DNA from: an uncultured Planctomycetota bacterium
GTDB taxonomy: Bacteria; Planctomycetota; Planctomycetia; Isosphaerales; Isosphaeraceae
Direction: 5' to 3'
Length of the DNA stretch: 64,000 nt
Assembly (NCBI GenBank): GCA_963845755.1
Contig: CAWJTV010000017.1
Coordinates: 1 to 64,000, forward strand
The position numbers and the translations under genes are program-made. Numbering within the stretch: the first letter of the stretch is position 1; each line of letters starts with the position of its first letter. Shown here piece by piece: positions 10,652 through 20,263 of this stretch. The notes under the pieces are model-generated. The model saw only the letters and a program-made list of their open reading frames with translations. It made no database searches and was not told the origin of the DNA.

Positions 10652-11559
10652 GAGCGCTCGGAAAAAATGAGTTCACTGGCCCAGGAGCCTCAAACAGATC
10701 AAGGAACATGCTAACTTGAGGAACGCGTCTTGAATCTCGGTGAGCCGATCCAAACGGCGGCGCAGCCGGCCGAAGGAGTGCAGCCACGCGATGGTCCGCT
10801 CTACGTACCAGCGGGACTTGCCCAAACCGCTGCCGTGCTCCGTATTGCGGGCCGCCAGCACCGGCGTGGTCCCCCGGCCGCGCAAACCCTGCCGCACCGG
10901 TTCCGAGTCGTAGCCCCGATCCCCCTGCAAGCGGTCGGGCTTCTGCCGCTTCGGCCCCGGCTTGCCGCCCACCGGCGGCATGTCGTCGAGCGTCGTGAAG
11001 ACCTGGGTGATCTCGGGGACGTTGGCGGCGGTCACCGTCGCCGCCAGCGGCACGCCTTGGGCGTCGGTCATCACGTGGTGCTTGCTGCCGGATTTGCTCC
11101 GGTCCGTCGGATTCGGGCCGGTATCCTCGCCCCCTTCCGGGGCCTTGGCGAAGGAGGCGTCGATCAGCGCCCGCTCCCAGTCGATCGCGTCAGCGCCGTT
11201 GAGCTCGGCCAGCAAGACGGCGTGCAACTGGCGCCAGACACCGGCCTGCTGCCACGCCTGCAGGTAGGACCGGCAGGTCTTGCCGCAGCCGCAGCCGAGG
11301 TCGGCGGGCAAGTCGTCCCAGGCGATGCCGGTCTTGAGCACGAACAAGATGCCGGTGAGGATCTTGCGGTAGTCCAGGGGTTTGCGTCCCGGGAAGCGGA
11401 AGCGGTGCGGAGGCGGGGGTGGCAGCAAGGGCTCCAAGCGCTTCCACAGCGCATCGGAGACAAGGGGTTTCATGGTGGTCCTCCTTCGGTTCGGGAGATC
11501 ACTCTCCGAAGGACTCAAGAGCAGACAGCGTGCCAGTGGATTCATTTTTTCCGAGGCCC
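10652..11559 (-). mobile_element. IS5-family insertion sequence, copy 2
   Basis: Near-identical to 1183-2091 (offset 9469). TTA at 10649-10651 and 11560-11562. The IR at the 11559 end is altered to CCGAGGCCC. Confidence 0.92.
10673..11473 (-). CDS. IS5-family DDE transposase
   Basis: Same protein as 1204-2004 except one R/H change. Confidence 0.93.
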   Translation of the reverse strand: MKPLVSDALWKRLEPLLPPPPPHRFRFPGRKPLDYRKILTGILFVLKTGIAWDDLPADLGCGCGKTCRSYLQAWQQAGVWRQLHAVLLAELNGADAIDWERALIDASFAKAPEGGEDTGPNPTDRSKSGSKHHVMTDAQGVPLAATVTAANVPEITQVFTTLDDMPPVGGKPGPKRQKPDRLQGDRGYDSEPVRQGLRGRGTTPVLAARNTEHGSGLGKSRWYVERTIAWLHSFGRLRRRLDRLTEIQDAFLKLACSLICLRLLGQ

Positions 11560-11587
11560 TTAGAAAGCCCAAATCTAGGGGCCGATC

Positions 11588-11648
11588 GGGAGGGCGAGGC
11601 TCCGTCCCAGCCCCCGGAAAAGCGGCTCGGACGGAGCCTCGCCCTCCC
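11588..11648. repeat. Palindromic repeat, GGGAGGGCGAG family (intergenic copy)
   Basis: GGGAGGGCGAGGCTCCGTCC...GGACGGAGCCTCGCCCTCCC; related copies at 16152-16213 and, degenerate, about 43441-43503. Confidence 0.8.
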
Positions 11649-11689
11649 AAATCCTGCCTTGTTCTAGGCTGCTCTGATCGTCTCAACCC

Positions 11690-13291
11690 ATGAGTTCACG
11701 ATCGCCCCGAATCGCCCTGAAGACCGTGCCGGCGTCCTCCCGACTCCGACTCGCGCGGAAGATTCTCTTCGCCTCGGCGCACTCGATCGTCGACTTCTCC
11801 AACGGCGCCGCGGTGGCCTCGCTCGATCTGCTCCAGGAACTGGCCGTCTCCGGGTTCGAATGCCAGGCGTTCTGCACGCCGAAGCTGGATTTCCCCCAGG
11901 AGGTCCCCTTCGAGCAGATCATCGGCGACTTGCACGAGCCTTACCAGGTCCGACCTTCCATGTGTGGCGGCCATCGGGCGCAGGTCCTCTACACGCGCCG
12001 GCGCGACGTGCCGATCACGGTCATCCGGTTGGAGTCCACGCGGCATATCCGGCAACAACCCGAGGAGATTCACGCCATCCTGGAATTCTTCGGGAAGTAC
12101 CTGGAGATTTACCAGCCTGACGTGCTGCTCACCTACGGCGGAGACCCCATCTCGCAGGGAATGATGGCCCTGGCCAGGCAGCGCGGCATCATCGTCGTCT
12201 TCGGGATCCATAACTTCGGGTATACGGGCCGAGCGGCGTTTTCGCACGTCGATCATTGCCTCGTCGCGTCGGAGTTCGCCCGCCGGCATTATCGAGATAA
12301 GCTCGACCTCGACTGCCATGTCTTGCCGTATGCGATCGATTGGGATCGGGTGTGGGTTGCCGGTGCTGGGCGCGATCCCCAAAAGGGGGACAGGCACCTC
12401 GAAGACTCGGAGCCAGTCCCCGTTTTGGGGATCGCCCGAAATCCGCGGTTCGTCACGTTCGTCAACCCGGTGCTGGAGAAAGGCGTTTGTGCGTTCGTCC
12501 GGATCGCGCAGGAGCTGGGGCGGCGGCGGCCGGATATCCCGTTTCTCGTGGTCGAGAGCCGGGGAGACCGCCGGACGCTGTCGGCGCTCGGCCTGGGTCG
12601 TGATGGCGATGTCAACGTTCAGGTCATGGCCAATACCAACGATCCCCGCAAGTTCTACGCCCTGTCCCGGATCGTCCTGCTGCCGTCGCTCTGGTGGGAG
12701 AACCAGCCGCTGGTCGCGATCGAGGCGATGATCAACGGCATCCCGGTGATCGGCTCCGATCGCGGCGGGATCCCCGAGGTGCTGGGGGAGAGTGGGTTCG
12801 TCCTGCCGCTGCCGGAGCGCTTGACGCCGGTCAGCAGGGAGGTTCCGGAGGCCGGGGAGGTCGAGCCGTGGGTTGAGACGATCGTCCGGCTGTGGGATGA
12901 TCGGGCCTTGTACGAGGAACAGAGTCGTCGGGCGCGCGAGGAGGCCCGGCGCTGGCATCCCGATCGGCTCCGGCCGTTGTATGCCGAGTTCTTCCGGAAC
13001 GTCGTGCGCCAAGCCGGGCCATCCCAGGCATGTCCTCCCGCGGCCCGAGGGGCCGTAGGAACCCAGCCCGGGGTGGAGCTTCAGGACTCGGCCGCTCCCA
13101 CTCGGCTGGTGCACCCTAACGCGGCCTTCGGCCGCAACCCAAGAGGGATTCGAGATTCGAGATTCCGGATTCCAGATCCCGAAATCGTTCCGTTGGGAAT
13201 CTCGAATATCGAATCCGGAATCTCGAATCCGGAACCCAGGATTCCTCAGATGCGCGGCACGGCGCAAAGATCCTACGGAGGACGACTCTAA
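11690..13291 (+). CDS. Glycosyltransferase family 4; C-terminal extension is repeat-derived
   Basis: FVNPVLEKG and LLPSLWWENQPLVAIEAMINGIPVIGSDRGGIPE motifs. Confidence 0.88.
   Translation: MSSRSPRIALKTVPASSRLRLARKILFASAHSIVDFSNGAAVASLDLLQELAVSGFECQAFCTPKLDFPQEVPFEQIIGDLHEPYQVRPSMCGGHRAQVLYTRRRDVPITVIRLESTRHIRQQPEEIHAILEFFGKYLEIYQPDVLLTYGGDPISQGMMALARQRGIIVVFGIHNFGYTGRAAFSHVDHCLVASEFARRHYRDKLDLDCHVLPYAIDWDRVWVAGAGRDPQKGDRHLEDSEPVPVLGIARNPRFVTFVNPVLEKGVCAFVRIAQELGRRRPDIPFLVVESRGDRRTLSALGLGRDGDVNVQVMANTNDPRKFYALSRIVLLPSLWWENQPLVAIEAMINGIPVIGSDRGGIPEVLGESGFVLPLPERLTPVSREVPEAGEVEPWVETIVRLWDDRALYEEQSRRAREEARRWHPDRLRPLYAEFFRNVVRQAGPSQACPPAARGAVGTQPGVELQDSAAPTRLVHPNAAFGRNPRGIRDSRFRIPDPEIVPLGISNIESGISNPEPRIPQMRGTAQRSYGGRL
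12372..12435. repeat. Palindromic element translated in frame within the GT4 gene
   Basis: GCGATCCCCAAAA-GGGGGACAGGCACC...GGAGCCAGTCCCCG-TTTTGGGGATCGC. Confidence 0.8.
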
Positions 13292-13399
13292 AGGAGTGCC
13301 GGAGGGTTCTCCCGCGGCCCTTCAGGCCGCCGGATTGGGGGGTTGTCCCGCGGACCCCGGGTTTCACCCGGGGCTGGGCTGCTGCGACCCTTCGGGCCG
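13041..13399. repeat. Nested palindromic repeat: REP-like outer arms enclosing a heptamer-array element (13115-13245)
   Basis: Outer arms CGGCCCGAGGGGCC...CCCAGCCCGGGG and CCCGGGGCTGGG...CCCTTCGGGCCG. Inner CCTAACGCGGCCTTCGGCCGCAACCC plus GATTC/GAATC heptamers. Confidence 0.65.
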
Positions 13400-13454
13400 C
13401 CAAAGATCGGCTGTCCGTGTGCCTGCGACCCATCCGTTCAGCGTTCTCACTGGG

Positions 13455-14315
13455 GTGATCCCGCTTTCCTTCGTGGTCTGCGTGTCGGATACGGCGATTC
13501 TTCACGACAACCTGCTCGGGTCGCCCTGCCTCGAAAACGGGTCGCCGCACGAGGTGATTTCGGTCCTCCAGGCGCCCGACGCGGCGGCCGGTTTGAATGC
13601 GGCCCTGGAACGCGCACGGCACGAGTGGGTCGTCCTCGTGCATCAGGATGTCGTCCTGCCGGACGGCTGGGATCGGTGCGTCGGCCGGCAACTCCTCGCG
13701 GCCGAGCGACGATTTGGGCCACTGGGGATCGCGGGCGTGTATGGGGTCGGTGGAGTCGAGCGGCCGGAGGGTGGTTCGCTCCAGGCCGAACGCATCGGCT
13801 GGGTCGTCGATCGGGGACGTTCCCTCCGCCAGGGGCCCGAGCTTCCGGCGCCGGTCGCGACCCTCGACGAGTTGCTGTTGATCCTGCCGCGTCGCACGCC
13901 ACTCCGGGCCGATCCGGAGCTGGGGTTCCATCTTTACGGCGCCGACCTCTGCCTCCAGGCCCGCGAGCACGGCCTGGCTGCCATCGCCCTGGGAGCGCTC
14001 TGCCACCACAACTCGCGGAGGCTCGGGCTGGATGACGCGTATTTTGCCAGCGCCCGGACGTTCGTCCGCAAGTGGGCCGAGCGGCTGCCGATCGCGACGC
14101 CGTGCGCCGTGTTCGACAAGACGGGTGAGGTCTTCCTTCTCGGCAACGCGGAGGGCGAGACATCGGTTGCCCGAGCGGAAGGTCGGTGCGTCTACCGGGT
14201 CCCACTCGAGCTGTGGATGAATGAGACTCCTCGCTGGACACCACCACGATTTGCCCCGAGGGGGCCAAACAAATCAGCCCGGGGCAACGCCCCGGGAACC
14301 GAGAAACCCCCATGA
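13455..14315 (+). CDS. Glycosyltransferase-like family 2 protein (Glyco_tranf_2_5 type); start uncertain
   Basis: SFVVCVSD...AAGLNAALERARHEWVVLVHQDV...TLDE...GFHLYGADLCLQA. Confidence 0.75.
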   Translation: MIPLSFVVCVSDTAILHDNLLGSPCLENGSPHEVISVLQAPDAAAGLNAALERARHEWVVLVHQDVVLPDGWDRCVGRQLLAAERRFGPLGIAGVYGVGGVERPEGGSLQAERIGWVVDRGRSLRQGPELPAPVATLDELLLILPRRTPLRADPELGFHLYGADLCLQAREHGLAAIALGALCHHNSRRLGLDDAYFASARTFVRKWAERLPIATPCAVFDKTGEVFLLGNAEGETSVARAEGRCVYRVPLELWMNETPRWTPPRFAPRGPNKSARGNAPGTEKPP

Positions 14316-14449
14316 ACAAGCCCTGAAAGGGCGGCACAGGCGAAGGCTCCGACCCAGCCTGTTTCGCCCTGTCAGGGCTGCCCTCGGGGTGGTCGTCGCC
14401 ACCGTCCCGGGGCGTTGCCCCGGGCTGGTATGTTTGACCCCTTCGGGGC
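14253..14449. repeat. Large imperfect palindrome (REPIN-like)
   Basis: About 45-bp arms at 14253-14297 and 14405-14449 (core AGCCCGGGGCAACGCCCCGGGA); inner hairpins GCCCTGAAAGGGC and GCCCTGTCAGGGC. Confidence 0.8.
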
Positions 14450-14552
14450 CACGACCCGCTTCGGCCAGCCCCGGTCCTGGTGGTATTGGGCGAGAAGTCT
14501 CGAGTGAATCCTCGCAAAGACGAAGGTCCGACATTCCTCGGCGATCCGAATC

Positions 14553-15782
14553 ATGAACTCCCATATTCCACCCGCGCTGGCATCGATCGTCGTCCCTTGC
14601 TTCAACCAGGTGGAGTTCACTCAGCGATGCGTCCAGGCTCTCTTTCGACACAGCCGGCGCCCCTGGGAACTGATCGTCGTTGATAATGGGTTGACCGATG
14701 GGACTGGTCACTACCTGGACGGCGTCGGGGATGCCGCCTCGACGCCGGTCACGGTCATCAAGAATGCGGAGAATCGGGGGTTTCCCGCGGCGGTCAACCA
14801 GGGTTTGCAGCAGGCTCGGGGAGAGTACCTCGTCTTGCTCAACAACGATGCGGTCGTCACCGATGGCTGGCTGGATCAGCTTATTGCGTTGACGGCGTTG
14901 CGGGCGGAATCCGACGATCGGGAGAGCTCCGGTCCGGACTGTGGCGGCGAACCTTCGGGTGCCCGGAGACCCGCGCCCGACGCGATGCGGGGTGGTGCTC
15001 TCGCGGAAAAAGGGGACAGGCACCCGGCCTCGGTCGATGGTACGCGCGAAAGTCCCGTTCCGGGCGGGCCGGGAGCCAGTCCCCGTTTTCCGTCCCCGGG
15101 CGCCGTCGGGAGGCCCGCGCCGCGACGGATCGGCCTGGTCGGGCCGATGTCGAATTACGCGACGCCGCCGCAACTGGTCGAGAATGTGCCGTATCGCGAT
15201 CTCGACGAGATGCACGAATTCGCCCGGCGATGGCGCGATGAGCACCGGGGAAAATGGTTCACGGTGCCCAAGCTATCGGGGTTCTGCGTGCTCATGACGC
15301 GAGCCGTGTATGACGCACTCGGCGGCCTGGACGAGCGGTTTGGGTTGGGTCTCTTCGATGATGACGACCTGGCCGAACGGGCGCGACGGGCCGGGTTCAC
15401 GCTGGCGGTGGCTCACGACCTCTTCATCCATCACTTCGGCAGCCGGACCTTCGTCGGCAACGGCATCGATGCGTCGGCCCTGCTGGATGAGAACGCGCGG
15501 CGGTTCGCCGCCAAGTGGGGCCAGGACACGCCCCGAGGCCGGCGCGTCGCGCTGCAAGCCTGGTCGAGTGCTCCAGGCTTTCTCGTGGAATCCCAGCGCG
15601 CGTTTGCCCGGCAGATTGATGACGGAGTGAGGTCGGCGAAGGTCCCTCCGGGTGGGCGAGCGGAAATCTCAGACCCCCTCATCCGCCCTTCCGGCACCTT
15701 CTCCCCGGGGGAGAAGGGGACGATCCGGCCCCCTCGCCCCATCGGGGAGAGGGTTGGGGTGAGGGGGTCTGCCGATCCATAA
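14553..15782 (+). CDS. Glycosyltransferase family 2
   Basis: SIVVPCFN, LIVVDNG, NRGFPAAVNQG, LLNND, GGLDERFGLGLFDDDDL. Confidence 0.9.
   Translation: MNSHIPPALASIVVPCFNQVEFTQRCVQALFRHSRRPWELIVVDNGLTDGTGHYLDGVGDAASTPVTVIKNAENRGFPAAVNQGLQQARGEYLVLLNNDAVVTDGWLDQLIALTALRAESDDRESSGPDCGGEPSGARRPAPDAMRGGALAEKGDRHPASVDGTRESPVPGGPGASPRFPSPGAVGRPAPRRIGLVGPMSNYATPPQLVENVPYRDLDEMHEFARRWRDEHRGKWFTVPKLSGFCVLMTRAVYDALGGLDERFGLGLFDDDDLAERARRAGFTLAVAHDLFIHHFGSRTFVGNGIDASALLDENARRFAAKWGQDTPRGRRVALQAWSSAPGFLVESQRAFARQIDDGVRSAKVPPGGRAEISDPLIRPSGTFSPGEKGTIRPPRPIGERVGVRGSADP
15004..15092. repeat. Palindromic element translated in frame within the GT2 gene (same family as 12372-12435)
   Basis: CGGAAAAAGGGGACAGGCACCCGGCC...GGCCGGGAGCCAGTCCCCGTTTTCCG. 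Confidence 0.8.
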
Positions 15783-15826
15783 ACCCCCATCCGCCCTTCG
15801 GGCACCTTCTCCCCGGGGGAGAAGGG
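15674..15826. repeat. Cluster of three REP-like units between two GT2 reading frames
   Basis: Two direct copies of ATCCGCCCTTC(C/G)GGCACCTTCTCCCCGGGGGAGAAGGG flank an opposed CCCTCGCCCCATCGGGGAGAGGGTTGGGGTGAGGGG unit. Confidence 0.8.
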
Positions 15827-15841
15827 AAGGTCCGCGTCACC

Positions 15842-17640
15842 TTGACCATGATCGTCAGAGACGAGGAAAAGAACCTTCCGAAGTGCCTCGAGTCGGTGCG
15901 GGGGATCTTCGATGAGATCGTCGTCGTCGATACGGGGAGCGTCGACCGGACGATGGAAATCGCCCGGGATTTCGGGGCCCGCGTGTTCGAGTTCGCCTGG
16001 ATCGATGACTTCGCCGCCGCACGGAACGAGGCGCTCGCCCACGCCACCGGCGATTACGCGTTCTGGCTCGACGCCGATGACGTGGTCAACCCACCTCAGC
16101 GTGAGAACCTCCGGGCATTGCTGGACGGTCTCGAAGACTCGTTACATCCGTGGGAGGGCGAGCCTCCGTGCGAGCCGAATTCGGGCGCGGCTCGCACGGA
16201 GGCTCGCCCTCCCCGGCCGCCTCGATCGCCTGAAGACGTCGCGGCCTACGTCGTGCGATGCGCCTGCGACCCGAGCCCCGATGGCAGCGGCGGCGACACC
16301 GTCGTCGATCACGTCCGGCTGTTCCCGATCCGGCAAGGCATCCGCTGGACTTATCGCGTCCACGAGCAGATCATGCCCGCCCTGCGCCGGGCCGGGATTC
16401 CCGTCCGCTGGACCGACCTGATCGTGCGGCACACCGGCTACGTCAACGTCGCCTTGCGAGCGCGAAAGCTCGATCGCGACAGCCGGATTCTTCAAGAAGA
16501 GTTGAAGCACCGTCCCGATGAGCCGTTCATCCTGTTCAACCTGGGCGCGATCGCCATCGAGCGGCGCGACTGGCATGGGGCGCTCGATTACCTGCGCCAG
16601 AGCCTGGCGCGGTCGGCGCCGAGCGACTCGATCACCCGAAAGCTGTTCGCCCTGATCGCCCGGTCGCACCAGATGCTGGGCGAGACCGCCGAGGCGCTGC
16701 GGATCTGTGCGGAAGGATTATCGCTCGACGCCCAGGACGCCGAGCTGTTGTTCCGCAAGGCGGTGGTGCATCGGAATCGGGGCGAATCGGCCGAGGCCGA
16801 AGCGTGCTGGCGGCGAATCCTGGGGCTGCGGCGTCCCGAACAGTTCGCCAGCCTGGACATGGGCATCTACGGCCACCTCACCCGGCGCAATCTGGCTGTG
16901 CTGGCCGCGGAACGAGGCGACGGGACGGAAGCGGCCAGGCTGTGGGCCGAGGTGCTCCGGGAGTGTCCCGGCGACCGCGAGGCGCTCGCCGCGCTGGAAG
17001 CATCACGCGCCACCCCGCAGCCCCGGCGCTGGGCCGAGAGCCCGACGGGCCATGGCCCCTGGCTGGTCGCCGGCTCTCATCAACGGGTCGTCCCGGATCC
17101 GGGGACGACGGACTTCGGTCCCTATGCCGAGCTGGCCAGGGAGTGGGTCGTCGCCCTTCAGGCCCAGGTGATCCTCGAGCTGGGGGTCCGCTTCGGAGAC
17201 GCCACGCGCGCCTTGCTTGCGGCGCGCACCGGGTCGGCGGTCACGTCTGGGGCATCGATCCCCTGGAGCGCCACGACGTCCTCGACCCTCGGTTCACGTT
17301 TCTCAAGTCCAGCCCTCTCGACGTTGACGACCGCTGGGAGCGGATCGATTTCCTCCACATCGATATCGATGCGCATTGTGAGGACGACGCGCGGCGATGG
17401 TTGGATCGTTATGCCGGGCGCTGCCGGGCGATTGCCGTGCACGACACGCATCATCCCCGGTTTCAACTCGGCTCCATCGTCGTCGCATTGGCCGGCAAGG
17501 GTCGGTGGCGCATATTCGAATACCGGGGCAACCCCGCGGGTTGGACCGTCCTGGTCCGTCCTGGCGAGCCCTGTCCGCCAGACCCTTTCAACGACGGGGC
17601 AACTCGCGAGGCCGGCTCGGTCCCCGGACCCACGGCTTGA
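15842..17640 (+). CDS. GT2 + TPR + class I SAM methyltransferase multidomain protein (frameshift near 17220)
   Basis: MIVRDEE, VVDTGS, WLDADD, VHEQ, then TPR-like helices. VILELGVRFG continues in the other frame as VWGIDP...IDFLHIDID...IAVHD. Confidence 0.8.
16152..16213. repeat. Perfect 26-bp inverted repeat translated in frame
   Basis: GGGAGGGCGAGCCTCCGTGCGAGCCG, 10-nt loop, exact reverse complement. Confidence 0.9.
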
Positions 17641-17676
17641 CGACACGCTGGCACCTCAAATTGATTGGGCTTGCCG

Positions 17677-18408
17677 ATGGACGCCGGGCGAGACCTTTAC
17701 CTCGACCTGATGATGCGATGTCTCACGGACTCCCTGTACGATCCGTGCGATGAGACGATCCGGGCCGAAGGGCTGGACTGGCCGGTACGAGCGCACACGA
17801 TGATCGGCCGGAAGCGGCTGGAGAACGTGCAGAGCTGCATCGAGGACGTGCTGGCACATGGGGTCCCTGGCGACCTGATCGAGACGGGAGTCTGGCGTGG
17901 TGGGGCGACGATCTTGATGAGGGCCGTCCTGAAGGCGCACGGAGTGACCGATCGCCTGGTCTGGGTCGCCGACTCCTTCGCGGGGTTACCCGCGCCGGAC
18001 TCGAACCGATATCCCCGAGACGAAGGGGACCAGTTGCACACGTTCCGTCAACTGGCCGTGTCCTTGGAGCAGGTCCAGGACAACTTCCGGCGCTATGGCC
18101 TGCTAGATGACCAGGTCCGGTTCCTCAAGGGCTGGTTTCGCGAGACGCTGCCCTCGGCGCCGATCGACCGGTTGGCCGTGCTGCGCCTCGACGGCGACCT
18201 GTATCAATCGACAATCGAGGCATTGGAGAGCCTCTACGACAGGATCTCCGTCGGCGGTTACGTCATCGTGGACGACTATGGAAACGTCGCGGGGTGTCGC
18301 CAGGCGGTCCACGATTTCCGTAAGGCGCGGGGGATCTCCGACACGATTCGGCCGATCGATTGGGCCGGAGTCTACTGGCGTCGCTCATCGCCCACCGCGC
18401 CGGGATGA
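17677..18408 (+). CDS. TylF/MycF/NovP-family O-methyltransferase
   Basis: VPGDLIETGVWRGG, ADSFAGLP, GWFRETLP, LRLDGDLYQST, VDDY. Confidence 0.93.
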   Translation: MDAGRDLYLDLMMRCLTDSLYDPCDETIRAEGLDWPVRAHTMIGRKRLENVQSCIEDVLAHGVPGDLIETGVWRGGATILMRAVLKAHGVTDRLVWVADSFAGLPAPDSNRYPRDEGDQLHTFRQLAVSLEQVQDNFRRYGLLDDQVRFLKGWFRETLPSAPIDRLAVLRLDGDLYQSTIEALESLYDRISVGGYVIVDDYGNVAGCRQAVHDFRKARGISDTIRPIDWAGVYWRRSSPTAPG

Positions 18409-18692
18409 GGGGTGATACCCTGACTCCTGCGAAGGACTCCCAATCGGAACCATCGTGGCTCTGCCGCAGGGCGCGGGGGCTGGCAATTATACCCAGCGTG
18501 CGCCTGCGGCGACCCTGGGCTCTGTTCTGCAACGCCTTCGGCGTAGAGAACTCCGTCGAACCGAGCTGGCGTCGGATTCTGGATTTTATTACGGCGGACC
18601 GGCCGGCCGGAGTCGTTGTCGTGGGGAACGAGACGTTGGTGGGGCGCGTCTCAGGGGGATGCCTTCTTTCACGTCTGATGCCCCGGGCCGGG

Positions 18693-20155
18693 TCAATTCC
18701 TGTCCTTTCCGGATCGATCCCATCGACGCAAGACCGCCCTCGCGGCGTGGTAACCACAGAGGCCGTGCACGCCTCCACCTGGCGGTGTCGAGGACGAGCA
18801 GAGATAGAGCCAGGGCAGGGGGGTCGAGTAAGGAACAGCGCAGCGCCACGGGCCGCGTGAATAACTGGCGAAGGTCCTGCGCGCCACCGTTGATGTCACC
18901 GCCGATGTAATTGGCGTTATAGGACTGAAAGTCGCGCGGAGCCATCACGTGTCGCTTGAGGATTCGGCCGCGGAATCCGGGCGCGAACCGTTCGACCTGG
19001 GCTTCGATCGGGTCGGTCATGTCGACCGTCGAGCTGTTGGGGACGTGACAGTAGGCCCAGGCGGTGTGATGGCCCGGCGGAGCACGCGTCGGGTCGAAGA
19101 GGCTGGGTTGAGCGAGGAGCACGAACGGGCGTTCCGGGTGCTCGCCGTGGCCGACGGCCGACTCGGAAGCGGCGACCTCCTCGAGCGTGCCACCGAGGTG
19201 CACGGTGCCGGCCCGGGCAGCAATCCCGCGACGTCCAGGGGATGGGTCCGCTCAACGCCCAGTCGAGCTTGAAGACGCCTGCACCGTATCGGTATCGATT
19301 GAGCGCGCGGAGATAACGGGCGGGCAGGCGATGGCCGGCCATCGCGACGAGCTGTCGGGGCGTGACGTCGAGCAGGACGGCGCCGGCTTCCGGCAGCTCG
19401 TCGATCGACTCGACTCGCCAACCGGTGACGATCTCGCCTCCGAGGGAGCGCAGATAGGCAGCTAGGCTCTCGGCGATCCCCTGGGAACCACCGCGAACGA
19501 TCGGCCATCCGACGCTGTGTCCGGCGATTCCCAGCACGAGGCCGATTGCGGCGGTCGTCCACCATTCCAGGGGAAGGATCGAGTGGGCGGCCAGTCCAGC
19601 CAGGAGTGCGCGCTGCTCGGGCGCGGAGAACCATCGACTGGCCAGCCTCGTTGCGGGCTGGATGGCCTGGAGACCGAATCGAGCCGCCGAGATCGGGTGA
19701 CCCGGCAGTCGGAGGGGACCGAGCAGGTCGGCGAAGAGCAACTCGGCATCCTCGGCCAGAGGTTCCATCAACCGGCGATAGGATTGGGCGTCCGGACCGA
19801 GCGATCGGGCGGTCTCCTCGATGGACCGTTCGAGCACGGCGGTGGTGCCGTCGTCGAGCGGGTGGGCGAGCGGCGCCGGCGGGTGGATCAGCTCCAGGCC
19901 ATGCGCGACGAGCGGAATCCTCTTGAAGAACGGCGAGGCCACCGCGAAGGGATGAACCGCCGAGCAGACGTCGTGCACGAAGCCGGGCAGCGTCAGCGGC
20001 GCCGACCGTGTGCCGCCGCCGATTGTGGCCGCCGCCTCGATGACGAGGACCGAGAGACCTTCGCGCGCCAGCGTGATCGCAGCCGATAGCCCGTTAGGAC
20101 CGGATCCCACGACGACGCCGTCGTAGCGCGACCGACTGCACCGCGACTCGCCCAT
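18693..20155 (-). CDS. Phytoene desaturase-like FAD-dependent oxidoreductase (frameshifts near 19215 and 18850)
   Basis: [32 protein letters not shown] and [18 protein letters not shown] spread over three frames. Confidence 0.87.
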
Positions 20156-20263
20156 GGTTGGCCTTTCTTCCGGATTTGGTTTATGCTGGTCGTCCTGGGA
20201 CTGCATGATGAGTCAGGATGCGCGAGACCACTCCAGAGAACAACCCAAGACGACCCGGAGAAC

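Noticed and set aside
1183..11559. Composite transposon made of the two IS5 copies carrying the RHS locus
   Set aside because: Both flanks of copy 1 are contiguous intron sequence, so it inserted independently; TTA is simply the preferred target.
11696..13267. Long antisense ORFs here and at 30965-32254, 39260-40816 and 49234-50469
   Set aside because: Shadows of real genes in high-GC DNA; no motifs of their own.
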